Of a stretch of 64,000 bases of DNA, positions 26,410-36,077 are shown piece after piece. The notes beneath the pieces were generated by a model. It had not been told where the DNA came from and ran no database searches. It was given only the letters and a program-made list of their open reading frames with translations. The DNA is from Myxococcota bacterium. Its GTDB lineage: Bacteria > Myxococcota_A > UBA796 > SXON01. The stretch spans positions 1 to 64,000 of the forward strand of contig JAZKFH010000055.1 in NCBI GenBank assembly GCA_040386535.1. Reading direction: 5' to 3'. Each line of letters opens with the position of its first letter. Positions within the stretch are counted from its first letter, which is position 1. The translations under genes and the position numbers were made by a program.

Positions 26410-28151
26410 GGTGTCCGTCCCTCCCGGGCACGTGAGGCCTCCGACAGCTGTAGGTCGAGGAGCGAGTCCAACGCCGCCAAGCCGCGGTCCAGCGCGGGTA
26501 GAGTGGAGTTGGTGTGTACCGCCCGATTGCGAAGGGCGTTCACCCAGAACGGGACCTGATCCTTGGGCCGGCGCAAGTCCGCCAGGAAGAGGCGCACGTA
26601 CGGATCGTTCATCCCGGGTCCTTCATCAAGGCCCCGCAGGAGCGTGAAAACCTTGTGTGCCCCCGCCATGCCAAACGAGGAGTCCCCATGCTTGAGCTTC
26701 CACAAGTCCTCGGCGGTCGTCCCGCGTGCGGTGGCCACGTGCTGGAGAACGGCCTTGTAGAGCCCTTCCATGGCGTTGTTTAGCTCCACGAGTTGCCCTC
26801 TGCGCGTCGTCTCCGAGGCTTCCGGGGAGCGGGCTGGCGAGAGGTAGTGCTGGACCCGGATGATGGCCTGCTCGATGACGTGGAGCCGCGGGTCCGGGTG
26901 CGACGCGCGCTGGAGGGGGCCACGCGGTCGTAGCGCATGCGCGAACTCCGTGCAGGAGGCAAAGCGCTTCTCCGGGTCCACGGAGAGCGCACGCTGGATG
27001 GCGGCGTTCTGCGAGGAGCCAAGGCCCGGAATGACCGATGGGGCCTGCTCGTCGTCTTCGAGCTCCCGGCCAAGGACCACGGCGAGAAACACCCGCGCGA
27101 GGCTGAACTGATCGGAGGCCTGGCGGGAGAGCCTCTCGCGCTGCTCCGGGGCGGCATAAGGTGGGGACAGCCCATGAAATTCACTGCCGCTGAGCGTGAT
27201 TCCGCCGTCGGCCCGCGGACCGACCTCTCCCCGGATGGAGATTCCGAAGTCGGTGATGCAGTACTCCGGGGCGCCATCTCCCGTCGACCGCAGGATGTTT
27301 GCCGGCTTGACGTCGAGATGGAGCACGTGCTTCGCGTGGGCGTGATCCAGCCCCGCTGCTATCTGTCGCACCATCTCAACCGCCTCCGCAGGCGCCCAGG
27401 GGGCGCGGAGGTGGTTGTCAAGGGAGAGGCCGCCGTGATGCAGCACCGCGTAGAGCCCCACCTCCGGTTGCTGCTCAAGGAGCAGGTAGCCGCAAATGTT
27501 GCTGTGGCGGAGCCTGGTCGCGAGAAGGTACTCGTCCTTCAATCGCACGCGGTGCTCCTGGCGTGTCGCCACCTTGAGCACGCGTGGTTGTCCGGAGCCT
27601 TCCTCCTCCACGGCGTACGCGGTGGAGAAGCCGCCCTCCCCAAGGGGGCCGACCACGCGCCACCGATGGCCCACGAGCTGTCCCTTCTGGAGGGGCTGAG
27701 GTTGAATCGTGGAACCCGACGAATCGGGCTCCGACGCTACCGCCCTGGGCCCCTCTGGACTTGGCGCATTCTGCTGCAGTATCTCCGCAGCCGACACGTC
27801 AGGTGCGGTGCGGCGGCGGAAGGCCGCGGCCGCGAGCTCGGGGAACAGGTCCCCCAGGCCTCCGTCCGGGGCCGCCCCGAGTCGCGAGCGGACCGTCGCG
27901 ACGTCCAGCCGTGTGGCGGCGGCGATCGCCGCGTCGAGGTGGGCGCGCCGCGCCAGGTCGACGCGCACTTGGCGCAGCCGCTCCGCCGAGACCGGCCACT
28001 CTTGTTCGAATGCCTCGGCCACCGTGGCGGCAGGAGACGTGTTCAGGCGCTGGGTGACGTGGTGCTTCTCCAGTCCCGTTAGGCGTTGCACCATCCTCGT
28101 CTCAGCATCGTCAAGGCTGCGGACTCTGCGCGAAGCAAGCGGGATCGTCAT
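26406..28151 (-). CDS. Ser/Thr protein kinase with a C-terminal HEPN-like domain
   Basis: GEGGFS, VLK, HLDVKPAN, DFG, APE; C-terminal ALRNRAVH (Rx4H). Confidence 0.85.
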   Translation of the reverse strand: MTIPLASRRVRSLDDAETRMVQRLTGLEKHHVTQRLNTSPAATVAEAFEQEWPVSAERLRQVRVDLARRAHLDAAIAAATRLDVATVRSRLGAAPDGGLGDLFPELAAAAFRRRTAPDVSAAEILQQNAPSPEGPRAVASEPDSSGSTIQPQPLQKGQLVGHRWRVVGPLGEGGFSTAYAVEEEGSGQPRVLKVATRQEHRVRLKDEYLLATRLRHSNICGYLLLEQQPEVGLYAVLHHGGLSLDNHLRAPWAPAEAVEMVRQIAAGLDHAHAKHVLHLDVKPANILRSTGDGAPEYCITDFGISIRGEVGPRADGGITLSGSEFHGLSPPYAAPEQRERLSRQASDQFSLARVFLAVVLGRELEDDEQAPSVIPGLGSSQNAAIQRALSVDPEKRFASCTEFAHALRPRGPLQRASHPDPRLHVIEQAIIRVQHYLSPARSPEASETTRRGQLVELNNAMEGLYKAVLQHVATARGTTAEDLWKLKHGDSSFGMAGAHKVFTLLRGLDEGPGMNDPYVRLFLADLRRPKDQVPFWVNALRNRAVHTNSTLPALDRGLAALDSLLDLQLSEASRAREGRTP

Positions 28152-28694
28152 CGGGGTGCAGCATACCGCGGGCGGCGCCTTCTAGGGCCGGAGAGTGACG
28201 ACGAGAACGCGCCCGATTTCGAGGACGAGCACGAGCGTTCGGCGCCAAGCGATAGACGCGTCCCACACAGCCATTTCCTTCACACACGCGTCGCGCCCGA
28301 CCAACAGCTCGACGAACTCGTACCCAGGCGTCGACGTCGACTGCGTCGGCCGAGGGGGCCTACACGGCCCGCTCCACTCCTCGGTCCGGAGGACTCATTG
28401 GACCCGCTCGGAGGAGGCGACGCCCTCTTGTCGGTGCGACTGTCGCAGGGGAGCATCGAACCATCCGCCGAGGCGGGAAGGAGCGGCCAGAGGCGGACGC
28501 GGCTGCCCGATGAGGACGCCGCCCGAGCCGAGCAACCGCGCACATCGAGCCGCGGACTGCCCGGGCGCCGTTGCGTCGTGAGGCGCTGCTATCCACGAGG
28601 GGCGTCGTACTTGGAGATGGTGAGAGGGTAGAATTGAGCTGGAACCGCGGGCCGAACCGAACCTGATCGCCCGTCAGACCCCGGGACCCAAACC

Positions 28695-31600
28695 TCACCC
28701 CACCCCAACCACCACCTCGTCCTGCACCGTCGCCCCTCCACGAGCAAGCAGCTCGGCAAGGCCGTGCTCCATCGCGGTGATCACGCCCGACCCGAGGCGA
28801 TGCAGCTCGAAGATGCGCGCGCCCGCGCGGTGGAGGTCGGCGGCGGGCAGCGAGACCTCGCGCAGGAGAACGTAGGCCATCGCATTGGCCACCTCCTCGG
28901 GAGGGAGTTCGTCTGCGTCACGACGCGTTCCGTCCTCCGCCGCCCCGCGAACCGTCGGCCAGGTGCGGGGATCCTGGTCGGGCCGCCACAAGAAGCCGCC
29001 GCGCCGGATCACCTCTCGTCGGGTCACCATGCCGCGCAAAACCTGGTCCAGCGTGCCGTTCAGCCGCGCGCCGGTCCGCGCGAAGCCCCACGCGGCTGCG
29101 ACGCGACGGAAAGTCGCGCCGCCGTCCACTGGCGCCTCTACGCTAACGATCTGGAGGATCTGCGCCCTGATCCGCTCGGGCGAGGCGTGAAAGTCACCGG
29201 TCACCGCGGGCAGGGTGGCACGCACCCAGGGCACCGGGGTGTGCGGGCCCGGGGCGGAGGCCGAGAGCGTGGGCGTCGAGACCCCTGGGGACGGCGCCGG
29301 CAGGGCCCAGGGAGGCGGGACCGGGGCGGGCGGTGCGGGGACCGGCGGCAGTGGGACCTCGCCGGCCTCGGCGCGCGCTAGCGCATCGAGCAGGCGCTGT
29401 GACTCGTGGTCCCGGGACTGCAACCAATCGAGCGTCCAGACGCGATGCAAGTGTACCCAGCCGAGCCCGCGAAGCACTTCCTGTCGCAGCCGATCGCGCT
29501 CGCGGGCCGTACGGAGCGAGTGGTAGCCCGGTCCGTCGATCTGCACGCCGAGCAGAAAGCTGCGCCCATCGGGGGCGAGCACGGCAACGTCGACGCGTTG
29601 GCCGGACCGGCCGACGTCGAGCCGCACCGCGCAGCCGTGGGCGCGCAGCACCGCGGCGACGTCGGCGGCGATCGCGGTGGGCTCGACGGCGCCCGGCTGG
29701 TCCACGCCGGCGAGATCGCTCGTCACGTAGGCCAGGAAGCGCCTCAGGTCGTGCACGCCCGCGGCCTGGGTGCGGCCGAGGTCGATCTGCTCGGGCCGTA
29801 GGGAGGTGTAGACGATCAACTCCTGTCGGGCGCGGGTGACCGCCACGTTGAGCCGCCGCTCGCCCCCCTCGAGGTTGAGCGGCCCGAAGTTCATCGCGAT
29901 CGCACCGGTGGCATCGGGCCCGTAGCAGATCGAGAAGAGGATGGTGTCCCGCTCGTCGCCCTGTACGTTCTCGAGGTTTTTGACGAACACCGGTTCGGCG
30001 GTGCTCGCGCCGAAGTGGCTTTCGATCTCGGGCGAGCTACGCCGCGCCTGGTCGAGCAGGTCCTCGATGAGCGCCTGCTGTGGCAGGCTGAAGGTCACGA
30101 TGCCGAAGCTGCGATCGGCGGGCGCTGCCAGCCGGAGCCGTGCCACCAGGGCCGCGACGAGCGTCTCCGCCTCCCGTCGATTCGTGCGGGTGGCCGCCCT
30201 GTCGTAGACTCCGTCGACCACGTGTACGCCGTGTACGCCCAGCCCGGGCTCCGCTCGGCGCGCGCTCGGGAAGGTGCAGAGCCGCCCTTCGTAATAGGCG
30301 CCGTTGGAGAACGCGATGAGCGACTCATGGCGGCTGCGGTAGTGCCAGAGCAGCGAGCGCTGGGGGATGCCGGCGGCGATCGCCTCGTCGAGCACGCTCT
30401 CGAGCTCCGCGGGCGTGTCCTCGTCGCCTGTCTGGTCGGGCGCCTCCACCTGGCGGCGGAAGAAGGAGGTGGGCGGGAGCTGCCGCGAGTCGCCTACAAT
30501 GATCGCCTGGGTGCCCCGCGCGAGCGCGCCGATTGCGTCCTGGGTACAGATTTGTGATGCCTCGTCGAATACGACGAGGTCGAACCTCATCTTCCCGGCC
30601 GGCAGATATTGGGCGACCGACAGCGGGCTCATCAGCAGGCAGGGCTTGAGACGCCCGAGCAGGTTCGGGATGCCCGCGAGCAGCGCACGGATGGGCACGT
30701 GGGCCCGCTGTTTGCGGGTCTCCCGGAGCAGGAAAGCCACCTCCGAGCCCTGGCTCGCGTTGCCGTCGGCGATGCCGTCCGGGCGGCGCGCTGCGACGGT
30801 CTGCGCGACGAACCGTTGGGCCAGCGCCATCAGCGCACGATCCTCAGCAGCGAAGCGGTCGGCGAACCGGTCGCGTGAGGTGGTGGCGAAGCCGCGGAGC
30901 GCCGCGTCGCCGGCGATCGTGTGTTCGAGCCAGCGCTCGGCCCGCGCTCGCATGAATGTGGCCGAGAGCCCGGACGCGCTCACCGCCGCGACCCGGTGCG
31001 CGTGGACAGCGTCGGCACTGCCCGTGTCGACAGCGCGGCCCGCCGCGCGCTGGTAGGCGATCCAATCGTTGAGCCGGGCTAGGTCGCCGAGTCGGGCCGC
31101 ATCCGTGGTCGGCGGCCGCCGCACCAGGCGGTCTAGCGCGATGACGAGCCCATCGAGGTGACCGGGATCGCCCGCGGGCGGCCAGGGCGAGGGTGCGAAC
31201 GGGAGCCGTGCCTCCAGGCCGGCGAGCGCGACTTCGTACGCGGCCAGGGCGCCCTGCGCCGCCACGACCACCGGACCGAGCTGCGCCCGGCCGCGCGCAG
31301 TCCATGCCTCCATCGCCGGCAGCTCCGCGTGCAGAGCGCGGGCGTGTTCGATCCAGGCGAGTACTACGCCGATACGGGTGGATTCGTCGGGGACGAGCGC
31401 TCCGGCAGTTTCGGGCGCACCGCCCGGAAATGTGTGGCACCACCACTTCGACAGCTGGTCGACTTCCGCCGTCTCCTTCTCGAGCGCGAGCGCGGTGGCG
31501 AGGTCTGTGGCGATCTGGCGATCCGGGGGCAGCGCACCGACGCAGGCGCGTCGCACGACGGCGCGGGCCCCGTAGAGCAGAAAGAACCTGAACAACGGGA

Positions 31601-34229
31601 CGGTGCCGGCCCACCGTGCGAATCGGCCAGCAAGCCGAGCGAGCGGCAGCTGTGTTAGTACGGGGAGGTAGCGCTGACCGAGGTCGGCACGGGCCTCTCG
31701 CCGCCGGACCAGCGCTTCTGCCAGCCGATGCGCTGCCGTCCGCGCGGCGGGGAAGCCGGGGTCAGCAACGGCGCCGCCGGCGACCTCGGCGTCGAGCGGT
31801 ACCGGGGTCGCCGCGTGAGCGCCGAGCCGTGTCATCCGCTCGATGGCGCTCGGGTCGCCGGTCGACGCGACGCCGAGCGCCCGGGAGAGCGCCTCGCCGG
31901 CTGCCCCGAGCGTCTCGGCCGCGTGGCGCAGGGTGTCGACGGCCGCGACCGCCTCGACGGTATCGCGTGGTGTCCACGCGCTGAGGATGTCGGCGTGCGG
32001 GCAGAGCGCGCGCCACGGATGTACACCGACCGGCTCGACCCGCGCACCGGCCTCCACGAGGTCGGCGATGGCGTCGGCCGCAGCCCTCGCGGCTTCTGGC
32101 GAGGTGGCCGGCGGGATGCGCCAGGCTGTCGCGGGCGCGTCGCGCAGATCGAGCAGGGCGGCGCAGACCGCGAACACGCTGTCTCCGGACGGGCGGGCAC
32201 GGTGCAAGGCGGCAGCGTGCGCGTCGAGCGCTCCGGCGAGCGTCGTGACCGAGCGGGTCGCGGCCTCGTAGAACCCGCCGGCGCCCGGCTCGCCGCGGCG
32301 CATGGCGGCGGCGAACTGTTGCGTCACGGCGCGCTTGTTGGCCTTGTTGGAGTGCAGCTCCAGGCAGGCGTCGCCCACGCCCGCCTGATCGAGCCGGCGC
32401 TGCACCACCTCGAGCGCGGCGAGCTTCTCGGCGACGAAGAGTACGGTCCTGCCACCGGCGAGGGCGGTGGCGATGATGTTGGCGATGGTCTGCGACTTGC
32501 CCGTGCCCGGCGGCCCCTGCAACACGAAGGAGCGCCCCTCGGCGGCGGCGCGAACGGCGTCGAGCTGGCTCTGGTCGGCGTCCAGCACCAGCGGCAGGTG
32601 CGTCGGCGCGAGCTGGCCGGTGTGGCGCGCTGCGGTCGGATCGCCGAGCGCGAGCAGACGCAGCACCGGGCTCTCCAGCAGCACCGCGGCGTTGTCGTTC
32701 AGGTCCCGCCATAGGGTGAAGCGCGAGAAGGTGAAGGGGCCGAGCCAGGCCTGCTCGCGCACCTCCCACCCCGACTGCGCCGCAATGGCGGCGCGGACAC
32801 GCGCGCAGATCCAGGCGACGTCGATGCCGCTGCCGTCCGCGGGCGGGTCGAGCAGCGCGCTGACGTCGATGCCGAAGTCCCGCGCGAGCTTCTCCACGAG
32901 CGCGTGGTTGGGGAGGGGATCCTCGTCGCTTCGGCGCAGCTGCCAGGGCGCTCCGGCGCGCGCCTGCTCGAGCCGGGCCGGGTACAAGATCAACGGAGCG
33001 AGCCGAACTTCGCTCCCAGGTCGCTCACGCCACGCGAGCGCGCCCACGGCGCAGAACAGGATGTTGAAGCCTGCGTCCTCGATGGCGATACGAGCGTTTC
33101 GGGCAAGTGTCACCAGCCGGCGATCGAGCTCGGTCGTCGTCAGGGAACACTGTACCCACCCTTTGCGCAGTGCGTCCGCCTGGGCGGCCTCGGCCTCGGC
33201 GACATCGAGGGTCTTGGCTCGCGGCTGTTGGCCCACGAGACGTAGCGAGGTACCGCGGGCCAGCATGTCCTCGAACGCGCCGAGGTCGGTCTGGTCGAGG
33301 CAGACGAGGCTGCGGCCGTCGGCACGGAAATGCAGCAGACGGTTGCGGAGGGAGAGGTCGAGAAGCAGGTCCCGCCACCGGTCGATGCGGGGCACGGGGC
33401 CGCCGCCGTCCAGCAGGGCGGCGAGCAGCTGGGTGGCGTCGGCGGGCCGGGCGAGGGGATCGACGCTGAGAGCCGAACGCAGCACTCGCCGAACGGCGAC
33501 CGGCGCGTCGGGCACGTGGCGCTCGATGGGGATGTGTCGGCCGTCGGCGACCGCGACATAGACGTCCATGTCGGTCTCACCCTCGAAGGGCAGCCGGCCG
33601 CTGACCAACTCGTACAGCATCACGCCGAGCGACCAGACATCGGAGCGCGCATCGACCGAGGACGGATCGCGCAGCTGCTCGGGGCTCATGTACGCGGGCG
33701 TTCCCATGCGGGTGCCGACGCGCGTACGGGCTGGGCCGGCTTCGGCGGGGCGCCCGATCTTTGCGATCCCGAAGTCTACGAGCATGGGCCGCGGCCCCGC
33801 CGGCCCGAGCTCGATGAGCACGTTGGCGGGCTTCAGATCACGGTGCACCACGCCGCGGTCGTGGACCGTCCCCACCACCGCGAGCAGCGCACGGAACAGG
33901 CCAAGCCGCGCCGCGACGTTCACCCCCTCGGCCCACACGTCCAGGGTGTCGCCGGGCACGCGGCGCATCACGAAGCCGGCCACGCCCGGCTCCACCACGA
34001 TGTCGGTCACCTCGACGACACCGGGCAGGCGGATCGTCGCGAGCAGGCGTGCCTCGTCGAGGAACCGGCGCCGCACCTCGACGTTCACCACGTGCTCCGG
34101 GCGCAGCACCTTCAGCGCGCCTGGTGCCCCGAGAACGTGGTGGCGCACGGCGTACACGATGGACATCCCGCCTTCGCCGAGCAAGCCCTCGACGACGTAG
34201 GCGCCGACGATGTCTCCGATCGCGAGCAT
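28695..34229 (-). CDS. Fusion: Ser/Thr kinase, DUF4011, SF1 (Upf1-like) helicase, Vsr/REase-like nuclease, DUF3320-like tail
   Basis: Kinase GEGGMS/HRDLKPAN/DFG; WRDLLLDLSLRNRLL; QGPPGTGKSQT, FDEASQ, GDSRQLPPT, HYRSRHESLI, VQGDERD, RRLNVAVTRAR; IDGPGYH...RDRLRQEVLRGLGW. Confidence 0.9.
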   Translation of the reverse strand: MLAIGDIVGAYVVEGLLGEGGMSIVYAVRHHVLGAPGALKVLRPEHVVNVEVRRRFLDEARLLATIRLPGVVEVTDIVVEPGVAGFVMRRVPGDTLDVWAEGVNVAARLGLFRALLAVVGTVHDRGVVHRDLKPANVLIELGPAGPRPMLVDFGIAKIGRPAEAGPARTRVGTRMGTPAYMSPEQLRDPSSVDARSDVWSLGVMLYELVSGRLPFEGETDMDVYVAVADGRHIPIERHVPDAPVAVRRVLRSALSVDPLARPADATQLLAALLDGGGPVPRIDRWRDLLLDLSLRNRLLHFRADGRSLVCLDQTDLGAFEDMLARGTSLRLVGQQPRAKTLDVAEAEAAQADALRKGWVQCSLTTTELDRRLVTLARNARIAIEDAGFNILFCAVGALAWRERPGSEVRLAPLILYPARLEQARAGAPWQLRRSDEDPLPNHALVEKLARDFGIDVSALLDPPADGSGIDVAWICARVRAAIAAQSGWEVREQAWLGPFTFSRFTLWRDLNDNAAVLLESPVLRLLALGDPTAARHTGQLAPTHLPLVLDADQSQLDAVRAAAEGRSFVLQGPPGTGKSQTIANIIATALAGGRTVLFVAEKLAALEVVQRRLDQAGVGDACLELHSNKANKRAVTQQFAAAMRRGEPGAGGFYEAATRSVTTLAGALDAHAAALHRARPSGDSVFAVCAALLDLRDAPATAWRIPPATSPEAARAAADAIADLVEAGARVEPVGVHPWRALCPHADILSAWTPRDTVEAVAAVDTLRHAAETLGAAGEALSRALGVASTGDPSAIERMTRLGAHAATPVPLDAEVAGGAVADPGFPAARTAAHRLAEALVRRREARADLGQRYLPVLTQLPLARLAGRFARWAGTVPLFRFFLLYGARAVVRRACVGALPPDRQIATDLATALALEKETAEVDQLSKWWCHTFPGGAPETAGALVPDESTRIGVVLAWIEHARALHAELPAMEAWTARGRAQLGPVVVAAQGALAAYEVALAGLEARLPFAPSPWPPAGDPGHLDGLVIALDRLVRRPPTTDAARLGDLARLNDWIAYQRAAGRAVDTGSADAVHAHRVAAVSASGLSATFMRARAERWLEHTIAGDAALRGFATTSRDRFADRFAAEDRALMALAQRFVAQTVAARRPDGIADGNASQGSEVAFLLRETRKQRAHVPIRALLAGIPNLLGRLKPCLLMSPLSVAQYLPAGKMRFDLVVFDEASQICTQDAIGALARGTQAIIVGDSRQLPPTSFFRRQVEAPDQTGDEDTPAELESVLDEAIAAGIPQRSLLWHYRSRHESLIAFSNGAYYEGRLCTFPSARRAEPGLGVHGVHVVDGVYDRAATRTNRREAETLVAALVARLRLAAPADRSFGIVTFSLPQQALIEDLLDQARRSSPEIESHFGASTAEPVFVKNLENVQGDERDTILFSICYGPDATGAIAMNFGPLNLEGGERRLNVAVTRARQELIVYTSLRPEQIDLGRTQAAGVHDLRRFLAYVTSDLAGVDQPGAVEPTAIAADVAAVLRAHGCAVRLDVGRSGQRVDVAVLAPDGRSFLLGVQIDGPGYHSLRTARERDRLRQEVLRGLGWVHLHRVWTLDWLQSRDHESQRLLDALARAEAGEVPLPPVPAPPAPVPPPWALPAPSPGVSTPTLSASAPGPHTPVPWVRATLPAVTGDFHASPERIRAQILQIVSVEAPVDGGATFRRVAAAWGFARTGARLNGTLDQVLRGMVTRREVIRRGGFLWRPDQDPRTWPTVRGAAEDGTRRDADELPPEEVANAMAYVLLREVSLPAADLHRAGARIFELHRLGSGVITAMEHGLAELLARGGATVQDEVVVGVG

Positions 34230-34907
34230 TGACTACCTGGGAGCGGGGAGAGGTATCTCGACGGAGCGCTCGCTTGGCGTGGACACGGTGCGAGTCTCAG
34301 ACACGAAGCGCTTCCCAACGTCGGGCGCGCTGCGTAGCGGGGCGTGTAGAAAGCGGGGGATCGTCGAGGAGGTGGCTGAGCCCCCGTGGGGCTCGTACTG
34401 GCCACCGAGGTTGCTCCTTGGGCCCGATCATGGCGGGCGCACGGTACCACGGGCTGATGGTGGGGCGGGATCGGGCGGAGACGTCGGTATTCATGTGGAC
34501 TCGCCTCGTACGGACGGTCGTTCGGGTGCCGCGAGAGGCCCGGCCGCGCCGCGCGCCCCTCAACTCGGAAGGGTCCACCAGGATCAATGTGGACCAGTTG
34601 GTGATGATCTTCGGGCGTTGCGCTCTGGGAAGCCATGCGGCGAGATCAGCCGCATGACCGTACCGGCCGGCTCGCAGCCGCGATCGAAAAATCTCGGGCC
34701 CACCGGACGGCGTGCGGGTGCCCCGCGCGGCGAGGCGGCGCACCGGCTGGCCGCGGACCTGAGGCCGTTTTGGTGGCCGGGGTCGGAGGACATCGCGGGG
34801 TCAAGCCGCACCACCGGACGGAGCTATGGTAGAAGAAGGCACGGCGGTGCGGACCTGCTGGTGATAGCCAGCGATCCATCCGATGAATCTACTTCAGCGA
34901 GAATGAC

Positions 34908-35921
34908 ATGAGTGACAAGCCCACAGCCGAGTCCGAACTTCAATCTGGTCTGACCGGCAAGCTGCTGGCCGTGTTCGATTCCGGGGTCGAGAGCCGCAGA
35001 GGCTTCTACGAGGCCAACCCGGACAAGGTGCCGTCGACCCGGGAGATCGATTCGATCATCTCCGCCTGTGCGAACACCAACGCCGTGATTTCAGGTGGAC
35101 TCAGTCTCCTTCCGGGCCCGTGGGGACTCGTCGCCATCATCCCGCAGATGGTGTTGGTGATCCAGAATCAGGTCAAGATGATCTACGACATCGGCGTAGC
35201 GAGCGGGAAGCAGAGCGTCCTCACCCGGGAGCTCATCCTGAGCATCGCGCTCTCCGCCTCCGGAGTCAGTGGCATGAGCCTTCTGACCATGCACGGAAGC
35301 AAGATCTTGGTGCGGCGCTCTTCGGTCCGCGTGTTCCAGAAGCTCGTTGCGATGTTCGCCGGCAAGGTCACTCAGCAGGTACTGAAGAAGTCGATTGCCC
35401 TGTGGTTACCGATCATCGGCGCCGCGGGGATTGCGGTGTGGACCCGCTACAGCACGGCCGAAATCGGACGGAAGGCCAAAGAGATCTTCGCCCACGAAAT
35501 CGAGATCCTCCCTGAAGGCGACGCCGATGAGGAGTCTGTCGTAGTTGGGGACGCCGTTGGGACCGCGTCGTCGTTAGAAGCGCTCATGGTCGCCAAGCTT
35601 CTTCTGCTCGATGATCTCATGAAGTGCGACGGCGAAGCGGCGCCTGCGGAACACGCATTCATCAACGAACTGCTCAGTCGCAGCGGACTCGGGCCCGAAA
35701 GCCGGATGCTCCTGATCAAACGCTTTGATGAGCCGTCCCCCAGAGTGGTGGACCTCGCTCCTTTCCGGGCCGATCGGGACGAGGCGATCGGCCTCCTCAT
35801 TGACCTCGCGGCCATGGCCAAGAGGGACGGGAGCCTGAAGGACTCGGAGCGCGCGTTCGTTGTCCGGACCGCGCACGAAGTCGGCCTCGGGGAGAACCAG
35901 GTCGCAGCCGCGCTCGCCTGA
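34908..35921 (+). CDS. EcsC/DUF697-like membrane protein with a C-terminal TerB-like domain
   Basis: N-terminal GGLSLLPGPWG...QVKMIYDIG; duplicated C-terminal (C/R)DG....E..F TerB-type motifs. Confidence 0.65.
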   Translation: MSDKPTAESELQSGLTGKLLAVFDSGVESRRGFYEANPDKVPSTREIDSIISACANTNAVISGGLSLLPGPWGLVAIIPQMVLVIQNQVKMIYDIGVASGKQSVLTRELILSIALSASGVSGMSLLTMHGSKILVRRSSVRVFQKLVAMFAGKVTQQVLKKSIALWLPIIGAAGIAVWTRYSTAEIGRKAKEIFAHEIEILPEGDADEESVVVGDAVGTASSLEALMVAKLLLLDDLMKCDGEAAPAEHAFINELLSRSGLGPESRMLLIKRFDEPSPRVVDLAPFRADRDEAIGLLIDLAAMAKRDGSLKDSERAFVVRTAHEVGLGENQVAAALA

Positions 35922-35924
35922 CGC

Positions 35925-35956
35925 ACGGAATGCCGGCCGGTAGGCCGGCATTCCGT
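35925..35956. terminator. 14-bp perfect stem-loop just after the 35921 stop codon
   Basis: ACGGAATGCCGGCC-GGTA-GGCCGGCATTCCGT; no clear U-tract. Confidence 0.55.
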
Positions 35957-36077
35957 CGCTTCCAGGTCTTGGCCGTCACGCTGTCGGGGTGGTGGTCCGC
36001 CGGAAAGCCTCCTCCGGACTCGCCGCCAACGTCTCGGGATGACGTTGGTGGGTTAGCCCATCGTGCGCTGAGAACTC

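Noticed and set aside
28152..28694. Short ORFs in this intergenic region and in 34230-34907
   Set aside because: No recognisable motifs or convincing RBS; left uncalled.
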